Below, one piece after another: positions 56,403-64,000 of a DNA stretch of 64,000 bases. A model generated the notes under the pieces. It saw only the letters and a list, made by a program, of their open reading frames with translations. It ran no database searches and was not told the DNA's origin. The DNA lies in NCBI GenBank assembly GCA_965240325.2, contig OZ251222.1, positions 1,302,001 through 1,366,000 on the forward strand. Reading direction: 5' to 3'. Origin of the DNA: Rebecca billardiae RCC1528 (Eukaryota; Protista; Haptophyta). A program made the translations under genes and the position numbers. The stretch's first letter is position 1; every line of letters begins with the position of its first letter.

Positions 56403-58191
56403 ATGCCAGCCGGAGATGCCCCGGCGTGTGGGTCCAATGCACGCGCGCTACGCCCTTTCCTTCAGCCGTACATCTCTCTCGCGATCGCAACGACCATCGC
56501 TGTGCAGTGGGACGACGCGATCCACCTTGAGGCCGACGACCACGAGCACCGGGAGACGTGGGCGTTCATCAACGCATTCGGCGTGACCGTCCTCGCGACG
56601 TTGCTCTACAGGGCCGTGCAGGAGGTCGAGGCGAGGCTCGAGCAGCACGTGCGCAATCTCATCACGCAGTCGCTCCAGATCCTGGTCGGTTGGATGTGGA
56701 AGGGCTTCATCAGTGCGGTCGAGCACGACCTGGACAACATCCACTTGGAGTACCTGGGCGAGCCGGCTGAGCGCTGGGCGCACGCAGGCCTCTCGGTGGG
56801 GTTCGCCGTCATCTTCGCGCCGGCGTGGACGCTCGTGTGCACCTTCATTGCGCATCGCTCCCTCGTCGCGCCGCCGTCGGCGCGCGAGCGCGAGCGCGGC
56901 GTGCGCACCACCTTTGCGCGCAACGTGGCGACGCTGTTGCTCGGCGCGAGCGGTCTCGTCATCGGCTATGCGTGGTTCCAGGCGGCGGTGCGCGCGCGCC
57001 GCGGTGCGTGTGCGCGTGCGCCGAGGCACGAACGCGTTGCGTTTTTGCTCACTCGCTCGCCTGCCGGCCCCCATTCGCACGCGCGCGCGCCCGTGCGTCG
57101 TCGGGCCGCAGGCCCACGTGAGCGCGGTGGCCGCACACGAATACCTAGAGACGCACCCGGCGGCGCCCGTGGTGGTCGCCCTCGCGCGTGCGTGCGTGCT
57201 CCTGGTGCTGACGGCGGCGACGCGCACGCTGCTCTTCGACAGGCCCCACTTCGAGTCGCAGAGGCACGCGCGCGAGAGTGCCATCGCGAGCGCGCGCGGG
57301 CTCTCGCGCGTCCGCCTGCGCTGGATGCCGTCGTCGCGCACGGCGGACAACGATACGGTGCTGCAGCCGCGCGTCGTGGAGTCGGAGCCGGCCGGGGAGG
57401 CGGAGTCAGAGTCGGAGCCCGCCGGGGAGATGCGCAGTCCAGTGCGGCCTGAGGAGGTCAGCGCGCACGGCTCACAGCGAGACCGGTACGCGCCGCGCCT
57501 CACCAAGGTGCTCACCGACACCTCCGTCTCTCCCGAGTACGAGCCGCCGTCGATGGCGCAGCTCTTCCAGGACCGCTCGCACTTCCTCGGGCTGAAGTCG
57601 CTGTCCTTCACGTGCGCGTTCGGCCTGTGGGCGGTGCCCCAGGCCGCGGCGAGCCTCGCGCGCGACGAGGCCGACGGCTGGGGCACGCCCATCGCGTTCG
57701 CGTGCCTCTCCTTTGCCTACCTGCTGCTCGCGCTCGCGCTCGCCGCGAACGGGCTGAGGATCGCAAAGCGCAAGCTGCGTGGGCGCGCGGGGTCGGCCGC
57801 GCGGACGCCGCCGCTCGCGGTGCGCAGCGCGCAGAAGCTGCTCGGCTCGACCGTCGCCATTCAGCTCGGCTGGGCGCTCAAGGGCGCCGTGCACACCACC
57901 ATGCTGCGCGCCGTCGGGCCGGACGAGTCGCTGCGGCAGCTGGTGGTGTGGAGCGTGGCGACCGCGCTCTTGCTCAGCGTGTGCCTCATGCTGGGCTTCA
58001 TCATGGTCTTCGGCGGCGTGCAACAACTCGAGGGCGTGGGCGAGACGCCCGCCACGCCCGCAGAGCAGGCCATCGAGCCCCTCGACGCTGCTCGCGAGGG
58101 CGGCAGGCGGCGCACAGGCGCCCACGAGGACGACGAGGCGGATGACGAGCGCACGCCGTGGGAGCAGTGCCTGAGGGGCCTGGGCTTCTGA
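56403..58191 (+). CDS. Uncharacterised multi-pass membrane protein (intron 56988-57111)
   Basis: The GT..AG intron joins the 56271 and 56713 ORF frames. Multiple TM helices with an internal repeat (QILVGWMWKG / AIQLGWALKG). Confidence 0.65.
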
Positions 58192-58608
58192 TCTCATGCG
58201 ACGAGGCTCTGCTGTTGCTGCTGCATGCCGCCAATAATCATTAAACGTCATCGTGTGATCGTCGCTGTTTTCAGTAGACTGAGTACATTATATATATATA
58301 TGCATCAACGACGCCGCCGCGGGAGAATCGGAGATGCAGGACCAAGTTACCGAGCTCGCCTCAGAATAAGGCGGATGCGAGTGTACTGAGCTCACTGAAT
58401 GGCTGAGTGATGGCGGTACCCTTATTATAAGTCATCGTAATCGAACGCGGTCGTACTCATCTCCAATTCCATGGCGCCCGCCGGCCCGCCATGCTCAGTG
58501 TGATGCTGCCACGGGCGGTGAGTACCGGGCGACTGCGCAGCTGCGCTGTCCTTAGCCCAAGCCGGTGTCAGTCGGGATGAGTCGCAACCCTCGTCATCCT
58601 CGTCCGCC

Positions 58609-59928
58609 TCAAGGGGCGTACTGGCCCTTGTCACGCCTGCGGCGGCGGGCGCGGCCGATGCCGAGGCGCGCGAGGAGGCTGGAGGTCTGCGGCGGAGGCG
58701 GAGGCGCCGCCGGCGGAGGCGGAGGGCCCGGCGGGCTGGGCGGAGGTGGCGAGGGCGGCGGCGACGGCGGGGATGGCGGCGGCGGCGGCGAGGGCGATTC
58801 GATGGGGAGCGCGAGCTGCTCGTACGTGTACTCGGCGCGCGCGCGCAGCCCCGCCTCGATCCCCGCCCGCGCCGCCTGCGCCTCGGCGCCCACCTCGACC
58901 GCGTACGCGCGCGGAAGCAGCCCCCACTCGGTGATCCGCGCGATGCACGCGAGGTCTTCGGCAAAGTACTCGCGCAGGAGGTGGACCGAGCTGTTCGAGA
59001 GCGCGCGCCGCGCGCGCGTGCTCGACGAGTCGTGCAGGTGCTCCTCGGGCGGCAGCCGCCTCTGCGGAAGCGGCTCCCAGCCGAGCGCGCGCGTGAGCGC
59101 CGTCTCGAGCTCCGCCCAGCCCACGCTGAAGTGCTCGGTCGTACCGACGAACAGCAGCTGCCGGCGCACGCGCTCGAGGCCGGAGAGCCCGCCCACGTAG
59201 TGCGCGATGCCGGTGAGCGCGTGCGGCACGTTGGCGAAGAGCGCGTCGAGCGCCTCCCACGGCGAGCCCGTCACGCCGGCGCAGTGCAGCACCCACGCCT
59301 CGAGGTCGGCCGCCCGGATCACGTCGAGGCTCAGGTTTGCGGCAAGGAGGGCCGGGCTGCGCTCCTGCACGTTCTGCAGCGTCTTGTTGAAGATGTAGTC
59401 GAGCTCGTAGGCGCGCTTCCACTGCTTGCTCCGCTGCAGCGAGTCGCGGTCGATGTTCACCATCGCGCTCCAGCACGAGGCGAAGCGGGCGACCGGGTCC
59501 CGGACCCACAGCACGATCGGTGCGGTGCTGACCGCGAGCGCGATCGGGTCGGCGCTCCGAGCGAGCACGGGCGTCGGCTCGCGACTCTGAACCTTGGCAC
59601 ACGCGCTGCTGTTGCTCTCGACGAGGGAGCCGCCGTACTTGGTGTACAGGCAGCGCGAGTGCCGGAGCGTGCGCGACTCCGGCTGCCGCCTGCACGTGTA
59701 CAGCTGCACGTACTGCTCGACGTAGCCGCGCGCGCACAGATTCTTCAGCGCGTTGTCGATGACGGTGCCGCCCGACTTGCCCACGTGCACGTAGACGAGC
59801 GTGCGGTTGCGGGCGGGCTGCTCGGGGGTGGGCGGCAGTCCCTGCTCGGCCGCCGCCGCGGCCGCCGCACCGAGGAGCAGCAGGGCCATCGGCGCAGCGC
59901 GCCCCAATGCGCGGGCGTGAGCCGGCAT
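58609..59928 (-). CDS. Secretory-pathway sulfotransferase-family protein with Pro-rich tail
   Basis: PAPS-binding motifs YVHVGKSGGT and VRDPVARFAS, plus FVGTTEHF. Signal-like MALLLLGAAAAA; SPPPP repeats. Confidence 0.8.
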   Translation of the reverse strand: MPAHARALGRAAPMALLLLGAAAAAAAEQGLPPTPEQPARNRTLVYVHVGKSGGTVIDNALKNLCARGYVEQYVQLYTCRRQPESRTLRHSRCLYTKYGGSLVESNSSACAKVQSREPTPVLARSADPIALAVSTAPIVLWVRDPVARFASCWSAMVNIDRDSLQRSKQWKRAYELDYIFNKTLQNVQERSPALLAANLSLDVIRAADLEAWVLHCAGVTGSPWEALDALFANVPHALTGIAHYVGGLSGLERVRRQLLFVGTTEHFSVGWAELETALTRALGWEPLPQRRLPPEEHLHDSSSTRARRALSNSSVHLLREYFAEDLACIARITEWGLLPRAYAVEVGAEAQAARAGIEAGLRARAEYTYEQLALPIESPSPPPPPSPPSPPPSPPPPSPPGPPPPPAAPPPPPQTSSLLARLGIGRARRRRRDKGQYAP

Positions 59929-60828
59929 CTTGCTTGCCTCCTCCGTGGTCGGCGCACAAGTTACTGAAGCCTGAAGCAGTCGCGGCGGCGGCCCCCCCGC
60001 GCCGCGCCGGTCAAGACTCAAGACGCGAGTCACATGGCCGCCAGTCTGATCACCCGGAGCCCGTTATAATCGCTCAATAAGATCCCGATCTGCAGTAGGC
60101 GACAGGATTGGATGACCGCCAATGCGCTTTCGGCCCGTGTGATGATGAAGACGTCGTCGCACACGCGGACGCACGGCTGTCCACCGGTCACCGAGGACTG
60201 GTGCCCAATCTGACAGACGGCTGTCACACCGAGCGCGCGAGAGCCACCTGGGTGGGCGTTGCGCCGTGGCGAAGTCACCAAATCGCGTGGCGTGGTCTCA
60301 GAGAAGGTTGCTGCCAGCCCTGACGAGTTCGCTGCCATGTCGGACCGAGGCGCGCCGCGGTCGGATTCCAGTAGTCGCACGACTTCAGCTAGCGGTGCAG
60401 CCAACATTGATCGTCAGACTCAAGGCGTGTGGGGTCAGACGGAACATTGATGACAGGTCTGCACCGTCACACGGCATGCCAAAGAGGTCAACATCGCTGT
60501 CAGAAGGGTGATCCTGACCCCTACCTGCCCACCCTGAGCATGCGCAGCCTTATTACGCGCGCCGGTCACGCGATGACGTGGATGCGGACGTGAGATTGGT
60601 CGAAAAGTCGGGAGGGAAGCTATCACTCACGCTCATGCGCTCGTACAGTACGACCGCGCCACCTGCCCACGCCCACCCCCGGTGACCCGGCCGTGCCGCT
60701 GTTTAGCCTTGGGCGCGGTGCGACGGGCATTTACGCCCGCCATGATGGCTTCCTTTCCCAGAAAAACCCCAAAAGGTTTAAGAATTAAGATCGCCGATCC
60801 GGCCATCCGGGCTCCATCAGGCCGCACG

Positions 60829-62604
60829 ATGGGCGCGGCGAGCGGTGCGAGGGCGCATACCGCTCGCTCGCCCGCCCGCCGCCACGCGCGCGTCGCGCTC
60901 GCGCTCGCGCTTCTCGCCGCCGTCGATGGCGTCGCGCTCGCGCCCGCCCGCCGCTGGCGGCTGTACACGTACGACGTGCCGCTCGAGGCGCTTGGCGTGC
61001 CCGCGCCCGCCGCCGAGCGCTACCGCGCGCGCGTGCGCGAGGGGCCGACGCGCGCGCCGTGGGACGTGGGCGGCGTCGCGCAATCGCTCGCGCGCGAGCT
61101 GCCGCGCGTGATGCCTGCGTGGGCCCCGCCGCGCCCTCCGCGGCCGGGCGTCAGCTGGTCCGACCCCGGGCGGGTGCTGTACTTCCTGCCGGTCGCGCCG
61201 TTCGTGCTGTGCATGAGCACAGCAGAGCACCGCAACGCCTCGTTCGTCGACAGGAACGGGATGGCGAAGGGCATGTTCCCGTGGCTCACGGACCACCTCG
61301 CCATGGGCGCCGCCTCCAAGCGCTGCGAGCTCGACGCGCGCCGGCTGTGCCCCGCGTACGCGGCCGTTCTCGAGTGGCTGGTGGCGCAGCCGAGTTGGGC
61401 GGGGCGCGAGCACCTGCACGTGGTGCCCGCCTCCTTCTCGGCGGACGTGCCGCGCGCGGCGTTCGCGTGCGCCGAGCGCCGCGCCATCCCCGAGGCGCAG
61501 CGCCCCGTGCTCGCGCGCCTCGCCCGCTCCATCCTCCTGTCGATGGAGGGCCGCACGTGGGCGTGGCGCGCGGACGTGGCCGCGGGCCGGCTGGTGCATC
61601 TGCCCTACTACGTGCCGCCCGAGCACTACCTGCTCTCCGCGCGCGCAGAGGAGCTGCCCTCGCGCAAGCCCTCGCGCGTCGCGCTGGTGACGGTGCAGCC
61701 CAAGGTGTGCCATCGCTTCGACGACCCGACGCGGCCAGATGCGTTCCACTGCGCCACCTCCGCCGCCGCCCTTGCCGCGATCGACAAAGGGCTCGGCACG
61801 CCGCCCGCGGACGCGCCGCCCGCCGACGTGCGCGCCGCGCTCGCGCTCGCCGTCAAGCACGCGCACGCGAGCACCGGCCGCCGCGTGGACTACGGCCTGC
61901 GCAACATGCTGCGCAAGCCGAGCGCGGCGGTCGCCTCCTTCGGCGCAGAGTACCGCCGCGCCACGTTCACGCTCGTCCCGCCGGGCGACACGCTCACCTC
62001 CTCGCGCATACACGGCGCACTCGCCGCGCTCTCGATCCCGGTGTTCCTCGTGCCGCTCGGAGTGCTGCCGTTCGGGCACACGGTGCCGTGGGAGGCGCTC
62101 TCCGTGCAGCTCTCGCCCACCGCCGTCCTGAAGTATGCGGCCGAGTGGGAGCGCCTCGGCGGCGGCGGCGGCAGGGCCAACGGCACAGGCGCGGGCGCGC
62201 CTCGGCGGCGGCGACGGCGGGGGCAACCGCACGGGCCCGAACGACTGCGAGGGGGAGCGGCTGGAGAGCGAGTGCGCGCGCGCCGCGAGCTGTACAACCC
62301 GCTCCGCGCCCTCGAGCGCCTCGAGCGCGAGGCGCCGGAGCGCGTGGCGCGCATGCAGTCGCTGCTCGCGCGCCACCGCTGGAGCGTGCTGTACCACAAC
62401 GGTTCGGAGGCGCTCAAAGCCGTCGTGCCGTTCGACGAGGCGGACGCCGAGGCGCGTGGCGGCGTGCCGCCGAGCGAGTGGCCCTCCGCAGCGAGGAGCC
62501 TCGCCGCCGAGCTCGTGATCGCCGGCGAGCGCCGGCTGCGCACGCGCGCCGATGACGGCGCCATGCATCAGCCTGGCAAGGCGGCGCCGGGCGCAGTGCG
62601 CTGA
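60829..62604 (+). CDS. Exostosin-family (GT47) glycosyltransferase
   Basis: LYTYDVP, YRRATFTLVPPGDTLTSSRIHGALAALSIPV and LPF...VPWEALSV; N-terminal signal anchor. Confidence 0.82.
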   Translation: MGAASGARAHTARSPARRHARVALALALLAAVDGVALAPARRWRLYTYDVPLEALGVPAPAAERYRARVREGPTRAPWDVGGVAQSLARELPRVMPAWAPPRPPRPGVSWSDPGRVLYFLPVAPFVLCMSTAEHRNASFVDRNGMAKGMFPWLTDHLAMGAASKRCELDARRLCPAYAAVLEWLVAQPSWAGREHLHVVPASFSADVPRAAFACAERRAIPEAQRPVLARLARSILLSMEGRTWAWRADVAAGRLVHLPYYVPPEHYLLSARAEELPSRKPSRVALVTVQPKVCHRFDDPTRPDAFHCATSAAALAAIDKGLGTPPADAPPADVRAALALAVKHAHASTGRRVDYGLRNMLRKPSAAVASFGAEYRRATFTLVPPGDTLTSSRIHGALAALSIPVFLVPLGVLPFGHTVPWEALSVQLSPTAVLKYAAEWERLGGGGGRANGTGAGAPRRRRRRGQPHGPERLRGGAAGERVRARRELYNPLRALERLEREAPERVARMQSLLARHRWSVLYHNGSEALKAVVPFDEADAEARGGVPPSEWPSAARSLAAELVIAGERRLRTRADDGAMHQPGKAAPGAVR

Positions 62605-62628
62605 CGAGTGCTGTCACTTGTCAGATCC

Positions 62629-63834
62629 TTAGAATATGACCGCGTTCCGCGGTCCTTTTCTGCATAGAATCAACGCAGTTGGGGGCCCGCGGTGGCCGTG
62701 CAATCGCGGCTCTCCGCCGTATAGTGGCAGTTCGCCAGTTGAAGTCGGTTCTGAGATGACTGAAGCTATTAGTCCGACCGTCGCCCTGCCTGCGCGACCG
62801 CGAGACTCATTCGAACACTTCACACAATCACAGCAGCGGACCTGAGACCGCACCCGGCACCGGTCGTCAAATCGGACGTCCGTCTGACAACTAGCTGCCA
62901 AATGTCCAACTGGCTGATCAGCTCGGATCCGACCCGTCCGCGATCGTGCCGAGTGAGTCGTGCCGCGGAGCTCGGAGTACTGAAGGAGTCGGGTGTGACA
63001 GCAGGGTGCTTTAGCGCTGCGGCCCGTGCCAGCCAACGACCAGACGTACTCTGGCCACTTGACCCGTTGCACGGGTGAGTGACCGTACGCCCTGCCTAGT
63101 GCCTACCGCGCGCGCCGCGCGACCGGCGACTCGGGGTGATGGAGAGCGGATGGCGACAGCAGCAGCAGTCCTCATGAAGACGATGAAACTGGCGGCACGG
63201 GTGCACGAGGTGGCAGGCGAAAGCGCGCCGACGAGACCGCATTTGACACACCTGAGCCGCACGCGCGTGCCGTCGCCCGAGTGGCGAGCGCTGCAAACGC
63301 GCAACCGTACCGCGCGCGCCACGACGGCGCGGCACTAGCTGATGCAGGCCGTACTGCCGGCACTGCTTCTGCGATCATGCGCCACGGTCGCAGCTGACTG
63401 CGTGAGCAGCAAGCGGGAGGCGGGTCCGGAGGCACGTGCAGGCGCCGTCCCGCATATCCGCCATGCCGGGGCACGTCACCTCCGACGATCCGGATGTGGC
63501 CCAGTCCGGACGTCACGCGATCCGGGAAGACGAGTACGATATTCGCTCGTAACGAACCGTTACACTAATGTCACGTCCAGCTGACGTCCAGATCGCACTT
63601 TACTTAAGGGAATCAGCTGGGCGCGGTTTTTTTTGGCCTGATAGACCTCTCAATGCGATCTCAAAAACTCGAAACTCGGTCTCCGCCAGCCCTAAAAATC
63701 GCCCCCCGTCCCTTTTTTTCCGCCGCCCCCCGTCCCTTTTTTCTTGACGATCAAAGATCTTATTTTGAAACGTGGTTCGGGCCCGCTGGTGCGGGCTCCA
63801 CGCTGCGCGCTCCGCCCTGCACCGCGGGCCATTA
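62629..63834 (-). mobile_element. Putative non-autonomous Helentron/Helitron2-like element, copy 2 (~1.2 kb)
   Basis: Asymmetric 11-bp inverted repeat GGCCCGCGGTG (62684-62694 / 63820-63830) and terminal hairpin at 62638-62654. No TSD seen. Both ends are homologous to the ends of 18913-24372. Confidence 0.65.
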
Positions 63835-64000
63835 ATAATACGTAACGGCTAGAGCTTACACGTCTACGATGCTATTCTTCACAATCGCTGCTACTGATGC
63901 TATATCGTCACGACATTGATGTGATATATGAGGTATTGGCATCGTGATGACGCCAATGCCGTCACAGCGGATGGCCGGTCCGGTCACACTCGAATCGGAT

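Noticed and set aside
18913-63834. ~150-bp inverted repeat 45 kb apart read as the TIRs of a giant gene-carrying transposon
   Set aside because: Each copy has its own matching hairpin end nearby (24345 and 62638), so these are two dispersed copies in opposite orientation. The interval also contains core genes such as clathrin.

Overview
Very GC-rich eukaryotic DNA with short GC-rich GT-AG introns. A plastid-targeted HHL1-like gene and the compact layout suggest an alga with a secondary plastid, plausibly a haptophyte (inference only). About 18 protein-coding genes are supportable: amino-acid transporter, DUF4262-like/MYND protein, LRR protein, G-patch/KOW splicing factor, ARM-like protein, M14 carboxypeptidase, AMPK/SnRK1 beta-like subunit, ankyrin protein, unknown two-exon protein, HHL1-like protein, thioredoxin, class V aminotransferase, 9-exon clathrin heavy chain, sterol-desaturase-family protein, degenerate membrane histidine-kinase/receiver hybrid, multi-TM protein, sulfotransferase and GT47 glycosyltransferase. 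The clearest structural result is a nested transposon stack at 18.9-24.4 kb. A TA-flanked pogo-type transposase element sits inside a ~1.13-kb long-TIR element with CAAGGG termini and a 7-bp TSD. That element sits in the arm of a second CAAGGG/7-bp-TSD element, which in turn appears to sit in a Helentron-like element that has a related copy at 62.6-63.8 kb. The window also holds a very young 1.48-kb miniature LTR element and two further ~1-kb foldback elements. The most intriguing protein-level observation is an apparently circularly permuted receiver domain. All calls are by eye; no searches were run.
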